From Promethearchaeota archaeon (lineage in GTDB: Archaea > Asgardarchaeota > Lokiarchaeia > Sigyniarchaeales > SOKP01), in assembly GCA_048939015.1 (NCBI GenBank), contig JBHLPW010000003.1, forward strand, positions 1 through 64,000: 64,000 nucleotides of DNA, in the 5' to 3' direction. Position 1 is the stretch's first letter, and each line of letters opens with the position of its first letter. The notes beneath the pieces were generated by a model that made no database searches, was not told the origin of the DNA, and saw only the letters and a program-made list of their open reading frames with translations. This document shows positions 9,766 through 19,573 of this stretch, piece by piece. Made by a program: the position numbers and the translations under genes.

Positions 9766-11448
9766 ATGGAACATAAATTGGAAGATGTGAAAAATGTTGG
9801 AAAAAAAACCGCTGATCTGATGAGGTCAAATGGGATTAAATCTGTTGAAGATTTAGCATCTATTGATATTAATGACTTATTGAAAGTAAGAGGGATTGGT
9901 GAATCCACTGGTAAAATGATTATTGAAAATGCGAAATTGATGTTAAATACCATAAGTAAAAATGAAAAGAAAGAAAATTCTCGATTGGATAAGTTAAATA
10001 GTTTTTCTTCTTCGTTAAAACCTTCAGAAACAATTAAATATCGTTCTGAAAAAAAAAACTATGAGCCCCATAAAAAACTCCAAAAGAAAAATGATTTTGA
10101 AAAAAAAATACAAGATTTTAAAAAGAAAATTCCTTCTGCAAGTATTTCAAAACCAGAAATAAAAAAAAATAAAGAAGATTGCTTAGTCGACCTCTTTAGT
10201 AATGAAAAAATCCAACGAATACAATTTTTACATAATCATCTTAAACAAATTGAGCATAATGTTTATAAAAACTATAATAATTTCCCATTGGGTGATTTAG
10301 ATTTATTTTTGGAATATATCAATATTCTAAATATCAATTATAAGAACAAAAATCATAGTTTAATAATCAATGAATTAAGCCTTACTTCTAATTATTATGA
10401 TCCTGCGAGTAAAAAAAAAATACCTATTAACGATATTATGTATGAATGTGCACGTGTTTCTTGGATTTTAGCAAAAATTTATGCTTTTCTTTCAGAAAAA
10501 TATCAAAATAATGAAAATTTTGAAAATGCTATTTTACTTATGGTAAGAGCTAGTCAAATGTATAAAACTGCAACTTACTTTAGTTCTTCTGCTGTTTATC
10601 AAGAAGAAAAAGGACTTAACCTCGATCCTGAAATATTAGAACTAAATTCAGAAGAATGTAGAATTTTAGCACAAAGTATTGCTGCGTTGAGAGAAGAAAA
10701 AAATAATAATTTATTACTGGCATCTAATTTGTATGCAGGTTTAAATGCTTTATCAAAAAGGCTATATTATTTGAGGGAGCATGAGAAAAAAAAAAAATGG
10801 CAAATAGAAGCAAAAATGAATTATCATATGGGTAAATCTTATCAAATGAGAATAATAGCTATGCTCAATCTTATAAATCAAGATAAATTTATTAAAGAGT
10901 CGCTAGATACTATAAGAAAATTACACATAAAGGCCTATTATTACTTCACTAAAGCAAAAGACATATGGGAAAAAATGTTACAAAATCTAAATAATCTTTT
11001 AGAAGAAGAAATAAAAATATTGAAGTCAAATTTAACAGTTGTTAATACAAATATCGTAGAAACAGAAGTTAAAAATATCGATTATAATGAAGTAAAGGAT
11101 ATTCAAGATTGTGAACCAATTATTATTATTCCAGAGATTCATTCGTTGATTTTTCCAAAACCCATAACTTATTTAACTAAATTTCCCCCTAAAGATGTAA
11201 ATATTAAAAGAATTAAGAAATTTAGAAACTTATTTTTCAATAATTATCATCCCACGAATGAAAAACAAGATCTCTTAAATCTCAAATCAGCAATTGGAAG
11301 AACAATTAGGCAAATAAATATACTTTATGACAACAACGATATTGAAATTGACAAATATGTTGAATTAATGGAAAAATATAATATCAGGCTAAAAATGATT
11401 GAAGATAAGATTGCAAAATTTAACAATTCGGAAAAAAAAAAGAAGTAA
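9766..11448 (+). CDS. (HhH)2 domain + BRO1-like domain + C-terminal helical hairpin protein (paralogue A)
   Basis: The N-terminus LEDVKNVGKKTA...LLKVRGIGESTG is a RadA-N-type HhH pair. No ATPase motifs. The core YYDP...IMYECARV...LDPEILE...ILAQ follows the BRO1 pattern. The HhH call is firm; BRO1 is by eye. Confidence 0.7.
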   Translation: MEHKLEDVKNVGKKTADLMRSNGIKSVEDLASIDINDLLKVRGIGESTGKMIIENAKLMLNTISKNEKKENSRLDKLNSFSSSLKPSETIKYRSEKKNYEPHKKLQKKNDFEKKIQDFKKKIPSASISKPEIKKNKEDCLVDLFSNEKIQRIQFLHNHLKQIEHNVYKNYNNFPLGDLDLFLEYINILNINYKNKNHSLIINELSLTSNYYDPASKKKIPINDIMYECARVSWILAKIYAFLSEKYQNNENFENAILLMVRASQMYKTATYFSSSAVYQEEKGLNLDPEILELNSEECRILAQSIAALREEKNNNLLLASNLYAGLNALSKRLYYLREHEKKKKWQIEAKMNYHMGKSYQMRIIAMLNLINQDKFIKESLDTIRKLHIKAYYYFTKAKDIWEKMLQNLNNLLEEEIKILKSNLTVVNTNIVETEVKNIDYNEVKDIQDCEPIIIIPEIHSLIFPKPITYLTKFPPKDVNIKRIKKFRNLFFNNYHPTNEKQDLLNLKSAIGRTIRQINILYDNNDIEIDKYVELMEKYNIRLKMIEDKIAKFNNSEKKKK

Positions 11449-11634
11449 GAACCAAATTAAACTTAAGAAAATTTTATCATCTCTAGCATAGTACTACATC
11501 TCCCTCAAATCTTAAATTAATTATAAAACCTATTTCAAAAATATTTTTTCAATACTGTCGAAGCAATTTGATTAAGTTTAAAAAAAAAAATTGAATATAT
11601 TATATTATCTGTAACAATAGATATTCAATATTAG

Positions 11635-13617
11635 GTGACGAATATAACATCTATAATGTATGTGGCTAATAGTATTGGAAAATCGACTGTAGAAAGAATG
11701 AAACAAATGGGAATAGACTCAATTGAAAAATTAGCATCTTCTAGTGTAGAAAATTTATTAGCTATCGATGGTATTGGAGTTTCAAAAGCAAAAGACTATA
11801 TCCGTTTTGCACAGCAGCATATTGAAAGAATTAAAGCAAAAGAAAAAATATTTACTATGATTAATAAAGCAGGGACATCTGATGCTCCAAAATCAGTGGA
11901 TAATCTTAGTGTTTTAAAATCACATGATAAAATTTGTGATTCAAAAGCCCCATTTAGCTCAATAAAAAAAATAGCCTCTTCGAGTATTGATGAATTATCC
12001 AAAATAAAGGGTATGAGTCCAGCAGAAGCACAAAGGTATATAGAGATTGCAAATAAGTATATTACAAGCATGAGGAAAGAAGAAGCTGCACCAAAAGTCC
12101 AAGCCTTAGGTTTTATAAAGTTCGATGAAAAAAGAGAGAAAACAAATTTAGAACTACCAATGACACCTAAACAAAAGCAAGATTTAAAATTGAAATTAGA
12201 AAAACCTCAAATTGACATTAAATCACTTAAAAGACCAGTTATTGATAAGAAAGTAATCAAAAAATCAGAAAAAACAAAAACTGTAAAATTAGAGCCATTA
12301 AAAGTAGATATAAAGCCAACACCAGTATTAAAAACATTTTTTAATACTGAAACTATGCAAAATATTCGATTTTTCCACTTCAAAATCAAAAAGCTGGAAG
12401 AATTATTAGCTAGAAATGTTTCCTTTGACTTTTCTGAGTTAAATAACATTATAGATTATGTTCAAATTCTTAATACTAATTATAAGACTCAAAGTCAAAT
12501 TAAGATCTTTAAAGAATTAGAGATAACTCCATCATTCTATGATCCTATCGCGAAAAGGGATATTGAAATATGGGATTTAATTTTTGAGTGCGCAAGAGTT
12601 TTAGAAATTTCAGCGCAGGCATATTCTTCTCTTTCAGCAAAGTTTGAATTAGAGGATTTAATGGAAAATGCCATTGTAGCGATGGTTGAGTGTAGTAAAA
12701 TGTATAAAACTGCTGCTTATTTTAGTGCTGCTTGTACTCGACAAGAAGATAAAGGAATCTTGTTGTCAGTTGAGACTCTTGAAATGAAATCGGAGGAAGC
12801 TCGAATTCTTGCCCAAAATTTAGCCACTATAAGTGAAGAAAAGAAAGAAAATTATTCAATGGCTGCGAATTTATCTGCAGGATTAAGTGCTCTTGCCAAA
12901 AGATTAGCTTTTTTAAAGAAATATGATGATAAGGAAGAAAAACACTTCAAGGCTCAATATAATTATGATATGGGTAGATCTTGCCATTTATATTCTAAAT
13001 CTCTATTAAAGTTACAGCCAAAAGGTGAAAATGCAGAAAAAGTTAGAGATTATCAGAAAAAAGCTAATTATTACTATCTAAAAGCTGAAGAAACATGGGA
13101 ATATATGTTAAAAAAATGTGAGGAATTATCAGAACCGGAAAAGAAAAACATAAAGAATAATTTAATAGTAGTAAATGAAAAGATAATTCAAAATGATGTT
13201 GAGATAATAGATGATAATGAGGCTTTAGAGATACAAGATCCAGAACCACTTATCATCATTCCAGAAAATTTGGCACCATTTATGCCAAGGACCACTAATT
13301 ATCTTACAAAATATAAACAAACAGATCTTAATTTTGATGCCTACTTACGGTATAAAAATATAATGTCTGATGTAATGATGAATAAGAATAAAATCGAAGA
13401 ACTGCGAAATAATAAAGCAGGTATTGGTCGAACACTTAAACAATTACAAATCCTATACGATAATAATGATATTGACATTAACAGTTTTACTGAACTTTAT
13501 GAAAAATATTCTATAAAACTTGAAAACATAGAATCTGCAATTCAAAATTTAACAAATCCTGAAAAGAAAATTAATAGAACAAAACCTCATAAGGAGATTC
13601 TTAAAACAATTATGTAA
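11635..13617 (+). CDS. HhH-repeat + BRO1-like domain + C-terminal helical hairpin protein (paralogue B)
   Basis: HhH motifs SIGKSTVE...LLAIDGIGVSKA and LSKIKGMSPAEA. It is a clear paralogue of 9766..11448 (ECARV, MYKTA, SEExRILAQ, EPxIIIPE, IGRT, LYDNNDI are shared). GTG start. Confidence 0.7.
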   Translation: MTNITSIMYVANSIGKSTVERMKQMGIDSIEKLASSSVENLLAIDGIGVSKAKDYIRFAQQHIERIKAKEKIFTMINKAGTSDAPKSVDNLSVLKSHDKICDSKAPFSSIKKIASSSIDELSKIKGMSPAEAQRYIEIANKYITSMRKEEAAPKVQALGFIKFDEKREKTNLELPMTPKQKQDLKLKLEKPQIDIKSLKRPVIDKKVIKKSEKTKTVKLEPLKVDIKPTPVLKTFFNTETMQNIRFFHFKIKKLEELLARNVSFDFSELNNIIDYVQILNTNYKTQSQIKIFKELEITPSFYDPIAKRDIEIWDLIFECARVLEISAQAYSSLSAKFELEDLMENAIVAMVECSKMYKTAAYFSAACTRQEDKGILLSVETLEMKSEEARILAQNLATISEEKKENYSMAANLSAGLSALAKRLAFLKKYDDKEEKHFKAQYNYDMGRSCHLYSKSLLKLQPKGENAEKVRDYQKKANYYYLKAEETWEYMLKKCEELSEPEKKNIKNNLIVVNEKIIQNDVEIIDDNEALEIQDPEPLIIIPENLAPFMPRTTNYLTKYKQTDLNFDAYLRYKNIMSDVMMNKNKIEELRNNKAGIGRTLKQLQILYDNNDIDINSFTELYEKYSIKLENIESAIQNLTNPEKKINRTKPHKEILKTIM

Positions 13618-13650
13618 CTTAAATATAGCTAAGAGTAAATATTGCTTTAG

Positions 13651-14172
13651 GTGCCATATATTAATTCAAAACTTATAGATATAGCTAAGAAACTTAGTTT
13701 TTATATAATATTAGGAATTATAATATTGGTCTTTATATTTAATCAATTAATAGCGATTATACTGGCCTGCATTTTTTTCCTAATTTATTTAATCTCATAC
13801 TCAATCAATTCATCATCAAAAGGAAGACTTCTGGGATTAATAGACTCATATCTAATAATAAGTGATAATGAAATTGCTAATAAACTTCAACGTTCTTTAG
13901 AGGACGTTAGAAAAATTCTCTATAGGTTATCTAAAAGTCAGAAAAATAAAAAATGGCTAGTTGTATTCTTAAACAATCGTTATATCTTTTTAAATGAAAA
14001 AGGTGTTGAACATTTCTTGCAATTTTATGAGCAAGGATTAAATGAAAAGAAAATTCTGGAAAGTCTGCAAAATGTGATGAAAATTAATTCTAGAGCTGAA
14101 GTCAGAGCTATTCAGAATACCTTATCTGATCTTAATAGACTTACTTATTCAAAATTAGAGCCTAAGAAGTGA
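13651..14172 (+). CDS. Membrane-anchored (2 TM) protein with putative tandem winged-helix domains
   Basis: N-terminal hydrophobic hairpin; ISDNEIANKLQRSLEDVRKIL followed by a beta-hairpin (WLVVFLNNRYIFL); a second HTH-like segment GLNEKKILESL...SRAEVRAI. Starts 33 bp after paralogue B. Confidence 0.6.
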   Translation: MPYINSKLIDIAKKLSFYIILGIIILVFIFNQLIAIILACIFFLIYLISYSINSSSKGRLLGLIDSYLIISDNEIANKLQRSLEDVRKILYRLSKSQKNKKWLVVFLNNRYIFLNEKGVEHFLQFYEQGLNEKKILESLQNVMKINSRAEVRAIQNTLSDLNRLTYSKLEPKK

Positions 14173-14230
14173 TAATAATAAATATTTAATTTCTTCTCAT
14201 ATCTATGAATCCTAATAATTTCAATTTTAG

Positions 14231-14764
14231 TTATACAATTAAAGAAATTGTTTTTTTATAAATAACACTAAAATTTTGACGATTTAGATTAAAAATCTGC
14301 ACTCCCGGAAGATGTTGGAGATAATTTTTAATTGGATGTTTAAGTTTTAAACCTATTGTAGCTAATATTGGTATTTCTAAAGAGAATAGGTCTTTTATAA
14401 AATTATAGAATTTATGAGAAAACAATTCCATCTTACCTATCTCATCAATTACAACCAAATTAACTCTCTTTCCTTCAAGATTCAAACTTTCTTCAATATA
14501 TTTATCAAATTCTTGAATAAAAACACTATATTTACCAAGCCTATGTTCGGTTTTGAAATTTCCTGCTCTTGCTAAATGAGATCTTTTTTCAGAATATACA
14601 TCTACAATATCAAAACCTATACGATTGCCATTTTTTCTGACTTCAGGGGTTAAAAAACCATGTATGGCAAAATCTTTTTCTTTATGGAAATATTCAATGA
14701 TTTTAGAGATAAGTGTTGATTTACCGCACCTAGGAGGACCAGTAATAAGTATTTTATTAGTCAA
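14231..14764 (-). CDS. Nucleoside-triphosphatase, THEP1/NTPase_1 family
   Basis: Walker A GPPRCGKST, GFLTPEVR..G.RIGF, GKY.V and Walker B VVIDEIGKMEL. Confidence 0.92.
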   Translation of the reverse strand: MTNKILITGPPRCGKSTLISKIIEYFHKEKDFAIHGFLTPEVRKNGNRIGFDIVDVYSEKRSHLARAGNFKTEHRLGKYSVFIQEFDKYIEESLNLEGKRVNLVVIDEIGKMELFSHKFYNFIKDLFSLEIPILATIGLKLKHPIKNYLQHLPGVQIFNLNRQNFSVIYKKTISLIV

Positions 14765-14864
14765 AACCGGAATAAATGCAAGTTTTATTTATAATCAAAA
14801 TATAAATGAAATTAGAATATTATAAATTACTTATTTTATAAAAATTATAATTTAGGATGAAAAA

Positions 14865-15812
14865 ATGAAAAGTTCTACATTTACTTTTACAGATCAAGAT
14901 GGAATTGAAATTTTCGTATATAAATGGGAACCGGAATCTGAACCTAAAGCTATTGTACAAATACTTCATGGCTTAGCAGAGCATGCGAAGAGATATACAC
15001 GATTAGCAGAAGCATTATGCAATGAAGGATATGTTTGTTATGCAGATGATCATCCCGGTCATGGATTAACTGCTGGTGATTTAACAGAAGCTACGTTAAA
15101 AGGACGAGCAGGGGTATTAGGTCCTAGTGGATGGAGAGGGGTTGTTAATGCAATTCACGACTTATCAAAAATTATAAAGAAAGAATACCCTAATCTTCCA
15201 TTATTCTTAATCGGACATTCATGGGGTGCTTTCTTAGCCCAAGATTATATTCAAGATTGGGGGGATGAAATTAAAGGATGTGTTCTAAGTGGTACTAATG
15301 GGAAAGTAAGAGGCATGGTAATCAAGGCTGGAAAATTACTTCTAAAAAGCGAAATTAAAAAGCTTGGACCTACTGAACCAAGTCAAAAAATGTATGATAT
15401 GAATTTTAAAACCAATAATCATGAATGGGATAAAGAAGAAGGGGCAACTGGATTTGAATGGCTTAGTAGAGATAAAGCAGAAGTACAAAAATATATAGAT
15501 GACCCTTGGTGTGGATTTATTCCTCCCGCAAATCTATGGCTGGAATTCCTTCATGGATTTGAAAAACTGTATGATGCAAAAAATGAAGAAAAAATGCCGA
15601 AAGATTTACCTATATTTGTTATATCTGGATCTTTATGTCCTATAGGAAATAAAACTAAATATGTCAGAGGTATGATTGATCGTTATAAAAAATACGGTAT
15701 GAAAGATGTGATATATAAGTTTTATGAAGATGCTCGACATGAAATATTTAATGAAACAAATCGCGAAGAAGTCTTTCAAGATGTTATTAATTGGCTCAAT
15801 TCTCACTTATAA
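14865..15812 (+). CDS. Alpha/beta hydrolase, lysophospholipase/monoacylglycerol lipase family
   Basis: HGLAEH, DHPGHG, nucleophile GHSWG, WLSRD...Y..DP.CGF, and catalytic His in ARHEIFNE. Confidence 0.9.
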   Translation: MKSSTFTFTDQDGIEIFVYKWEPESEPKAIVQILHGLAEHAKRYTRLAEALCNEGYVCYADDHPGHGLTAGDLTEATLKGRAGVLGPSGWRGVVNAIHDLSKIIKKEYPNLPLFLIGHSWGAFLAQDYIQDWGDEIKGCVLSGTNGKVRGMVIKAGKLLLKSEIKKLGPTEPSQKMYDMNFKTNNHEWDKEEGATGFEWLSRDKAEVQKYIDDPWCGFIPPANLWLEFLHGFEKLYDAKNEEKMPKDLPIFVISGSLCPIGNKTKYVRGMIDRYKKYGMKDVIYKFYEDARHEIFNETNREEVFQDVINWLNSHL

Positions 15813-15845
15813 TAATTGAGGGAAAAACTGACTTAATAATTCTAT

Positions 15846-16979
15846 TTATTTTTCTAATTCTTTAAATTGTTGTAATAATTTCTTTTGTTTCTCTGAGATT
15901 TTTCGAGGTATTTCAATATTCACTACTATATATTGATCTCCTCTCCCTCTTCCTCGCATATATGAGACTCCACGATTCTTTATTCTAAATTCAGTCCCAG
16001 GTTGGGTACCAGGAGGAATTGGTAATTCTTTTTCAGTTAATTTCTTTTCTTTGTAGTCCAACGTAGGAACATTGATTTTTCCTCCAATTATTGCAGTTAT
16101 AATATCCACATTTACAGGTGTATAAAGATCATTTCCACGTCGTATAAAGTCTTCATCACCAGTTATTCGAATTCCTAAATAAAGATCTCCTGGTATTGCA
16201 TTAACAGATGGCACATGTCCAGCCCCCTGAACCTTTAAATGAACACCATCTTCAACACCTTCAGGAATCGAAACGTGAATTGTTTTCACTTCGGGTACTA
16301 CTTTCTTTCCTCCACATGTCTTACACTTTTTCTCAATTATTTTCCCTGTACCGTTACAAGTATAACATTCGGATTCACGAATAATTGTACCAAATCCAGA
16401 TTGTGTCATTTTTCTAATTCTTCCAGTTCCTTGACATTCTGGGCAAACCTTTACACTATTGGGATCTTCTGCTCCAGTTCCTTCACAATCATCACAAGGA
16501 GTATATCTTTCAATAGGAATGTCCTTTTTGACACCGAACATTGCTTCCTCGAATGTTATTTCTATATGATCTTCTAAATCTTGTCCTACTTCCCTACGTG
16601 GAGAAGTTCTTCTTCTCGCTCTTGAACCAAAACCACCAAATCCGAAATCATCAAATCCTCCAAATGAGCCAAAACCACCAAAAATACTGCGTAATAATTC
16701 GTCAATTCCTGGTATACCACCACTGAAAATATCACTCATATCTACGTGAACTCCACTAAAACCAAATCTATCATAATTTTGACGTTTATTCTCATCACTT
16801 AAAACCTCATAAGCTTCCTGAAGTTCGATAAATTTCTCCTTCGCTTTTGGATCGGTCTTATTCAAATCGGGATGGAGCTTTCTAGCTAAACGACGGTATG
16901 CTAGTTTAATATCATTCAAACTTGCATCTTTAGCCACACCAAGTACTTCATAGTAATCCCTTTTCTTCTCAGAACTCAT
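15846..16979 (-). CDS. dnaJ: Chaperone DnaJ
   Basis: J-domain ([11 protein letters not shown]), G/F-rich linker, four CxxCxGxG-type zinc motifs and a C-terminal substrate domain. Confidence 0.98.
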   Translation of the reverse strand: MSSEKKRDYYEVLGVAKDASLNDIKLAYRRLARKLHPDLNKTDPKAKEKFIELQEAYEVLSDENKRQNYDRFGFSGVHVDMSDIFSGGIPGIDELLRSIFGGFGSFGGFDDFGFGGFGSRARRRTSPRREVGQDLEDHIEITFEEAMFGVKKDIPIERYTPCDDCEGTGAEDPNSVKVCPECQGTGRIRKMTQSGFGTIIRESECYTCNGTGKIIEKKCKTCGGKKVVPEVKTIHVSIPEGVEDGVHLKVQGAGHVPSVNAIPGDLYLGIRITGDEDFIRRGNDLYTPVNVDIITAIIGGKINVPTLDYKEKKLTEKELPIPPGTQPGTEFRIKNRGVSYMRGRGRGDQYIVVNIEIPRKISEKQKKLLQQFKELEK

Positions 16980-17200
16980 AATTTCAAAGAATCATTTTGT
17001 TAATTAATAAGTTAAATACTTATGAGATTAAAATTGATAATGAAATTTATTTTTTTAGGTAATAGGCTATTGAATAGATTATTTGTTGATTTCTTTATAA
17101 ATTTCAATTTAATTGATACTTTTTAGAAAACTATTTTTTTATCATAAAATAAATGTAATATAATTTTCACATAATTTTAATTAAGATTATAGGAGATTTT

Positions 17201-17722
17201 ATGAATAAGATAGTTATTATAATCGGGGGAATTATTGGAGTCTTTGCTGCTCTTCTATGGGTCTTTGAACCTTCACTTGGTTGGTGGGAAGTTACTGTTG
17301 AAGATTATTTAGTAATATTTGATGGTGCTGGATATATTAGTCCTTTTGGTTATGGAAGTAATACCGCAAATTCAGATATCGTATTTCATGGTCCCCTACT
17401 TCTAATCGGAGGAATTATCTTTTTAGCGTTTTCCTTATTAGCTATTATTTTTGCTATTAAAGAAAAGAGGGGCTTGTCAATTATGTCTGCTTTTCTCATG
17501 ATTGGTGGGTTGGGACTCTTTTGCTATGGGCTTACGGTGATTCAAGATTTTGAAGACATTTTAGAAGGACTGAATTTTTTGACTGGAGCAGAGTATACGG
17601 TATTTTTTGGTAGTGAAAATTTAGGAGCTCTAGGATTTTGGGCTTGGAGATTAGGGAATGGTTTTTTTATAGCAATTGGAGCATTTGTTGTAACTTTAAT
17701 AGGAGCTCTTATAAAAAAATAG
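17201..17722 (+). CDS. Four-TM membrane protein (claudin-like topology)
   Basis: TM1 is followed by WW and a beta-rich loop, then a TM2-TM3 hairpin, a second loop, and GNGFFIA leading into TM4. Confidence 0.6.
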   Translation: MNKIVIIIGGIIGVFAALLWVFEPSLGWWEVTVEDYLVIFDGAGYISPFGYGSNTANSDIVFHGPLLLIGGIIFLAFSLLAIIFAIKEKRGLSIMSAFLMIGGLGLFCYGLTVIQDFEDILEGLNFLTGAEYTVFFGSENLGALGFWAWRLGNGFFIAIGAFVVTLIGALIKK

Positions 17723-17856
17723 TCTTCTTTTTTTTTTATATGGATTTATTTGACAATATCCTCATATTTCAACAACATTCTTAATTGATGGTTAAATTTA
17801 AAAAGGCAATCAATTCTGAATACATATAAAAATAAATTCGTTTTAGAGTATTCGAA

Positions 17857-19380
17857 ATGCAATTAAACAAGAAATCCAAAATTGTTATAATTTCCATATC
17901 ACTAATAACTCTAATCACAATTCCTACCACAATTTTTATCATATTCCAACTTAGTAATGTAAGATCACTTAATGATCCATCAAATATGGGTGTAGATGAA
18001 TGGATTGAGGATTTTAATTCTTTTTTTAATTTTATTGAAGAGAACTACCCATATATTTGGCTCAAGAATCGAACTCATGGGTTTAATTGGTTAGATTTAA
18101 AAAATGAGTATGTAAATCGTATTAAAATTGCTAATTCCAACGAGGAATTCCTAACAATAATGTTTGATGCGGTAAATGCACTCCAAAATAGGCATACCCA
18201 AATTGAATATCCTGGTAATATGGCACAATATCATTCTGATTATGAGAATTGGTATCCCCTCAATGAAGTTTTCTCCGATAAAGTAGTAGAATTCTCTGAA
18301 TATTGGGAACCTATATTTGTCAATTGTTATAGAAATAAGTACCAAAGAAGTTATGAAGTTCTTATTGTTTATGAAAAAGGAGATTATATAATATTTAATA
18401 ATACATTTCTAGAACAACTTTACGGATCTGGGTTAAAAATAACAAAAGTTAACGGGGAACCCATTGATGAAGCTATAAAAGATTGCTATAACCAAGATTA
18501 TCTAGATTGGGATTTTCAGAGAAATAAACACTATTTATGGATGATATCCCCACGTGATTTTGGAGAAAATGCAGTATTCACCATAAGGAATTCTACGGGT
18601 TATGAAACCAACAAAACTTTTAGTACAGTTTCTGAATATTCTCTTTCTCCTTATAGTTATCCAGAAGATATGATAACCACGCAAACCTATGAAAGCATGA
18701 ATGCTAGTTATATTCATATAAAAAATTTTGTAAATGAGTATCTCAACCCTTATACGGATGATATAATTAACTTCTATCATCAAATTGAGGATTATGATAA
18801 TTTGATTATAGATATCAGAGGAAATCCAGGAGGCAATTATGCGGGATGGATAAATACTATTGTTAAACCTCTACTGAAAAATCAACAAATTTTTGAACTC
18901 TATCTAGCATACAGAACAGACGAGTATAGTAGCACGTTCCGTGAATCAATGGGAATTACGAGTCAAATATCAAAAGGTAGTTTTACATATCTACCACCAG
19001 AGGCTTACACTGATGAATTCGAGATCTATAATTATCAGCATACAATTACACCCACCTATGAAGTTAATTTTAATGGTGGAATAATTGTATTAACAGATAA
19101 CTATGTATATTCTGCAGCCGAAGGCTTTACTCTCTTTTGTAAACAAACAGGATTTGCTACAATTTATGGGACACCGAGTGGAGGAGATGGTATTATGGAA
19201 TTTCCTACGTATTATGCACTTCCTAATAGTAAACTTGTTATTTGCATAAGTTCAGCCTTAGGATTAGACCATACTGGGCATGCAAGTGAAGAAGTACGCA
19301 CACAACCAGATTTCTATTATGAAAGTTCCTTTGGAAACTTTACCGAACTTATTGACTACGTTTTAGGGAATTTACCTTAG
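17857..19380 (+). CDS. Membrane-anchored S41-family peptidase
   Basis: N-terminal TM; IIDIRGNPGG; catalytic YSAAE; GTPSGG; QPD. Confidence 0.9.
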   Translation: MQLNKKSKIVIISISLITLITIPTTIFIIFQLSNVRSLNDPSNMGVDEWIEDFNSFFNFIEENYPYIWLKNRTHGFNWLDLKNEYVNRIKIANSNEEFLTIMFDAVNALQNRHTQIEYPGNMAQYHSDYENWYPLNEVFSDKVVEFSEYWEPIFVNCYRNKYQRSYEVLIVYEKGDYIIFNNTFLEQLYGSGLKITKVNGEPIDEAIKDCYNQDYLDWDFQRNKHYLWMISPRDFGENAVFTIRNSTGYETNKTFSTVSEYSLSPYSYPEDMITTQTYESMNASYIHIKNFVNEYLNPYTDDIINFYHQIEDYDNLIIDIRGNPGGNYAGWINTIVKPLLKNQQIFELYLAYRTDEYSSTFRESMGITSQISKGSFTYLPPEAYTDEFEIYNYQHTITPTYEVNFNGGIIVLTDNYVYSAAEGFTLFCKQTGFATIYGTPSGGDGIMEFPTYYALPNSKLVICISSALGLDHTGHASEEVRTQPDFYYESSFGNFTELIDYVLGNLP

Positions 19381-19444
19381 TCTCTCAAATTAACAAGATC
19401 GTGCAAAAAAGAAGTAAAAATCAATATAATAAAAGTTAGTACAT

Positions 19445-19573
19445 TTAGCATACGATATCTCTTAGTCTCTTCGCATTTTCTATGAGAAAAGGTACATTAT
19501 TTCGATATCTCTTTTTTTTGTCTTTTTCTTTTTTCTTGCGCTTCTGTTGCTGTAATTCCTTTGGCAATTTCAT
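19445..19573 (-). CDS. Putative small basic protein (42 aa), below the ORF-track cutoff
   Basis: Hand translation gives MKLPKELQQQKRKKKEKDKKKRYRNNVPFLIENAKRLRDIVC*. It fills an otherwise empty intergenic gap. Confidence 0.4.
   Translation of the reverse strand: MKLPKELQQQKRKKKEKDKKKRYRNNVPFLIENAKRLRDIVC

Noticed and set aside
9700-11570. Recurring TTCGA/TCGAA words in several intergenic regions as a shared operator
   Set aside because: Too short and inconsistently placed to support without motif statistics.
9766-13617. Calling the two HhH proteins RadA/Rad51
   Set aside because: Only the N-terminal HhH module resembles RadA. There is no Walker A/B or RecA core.
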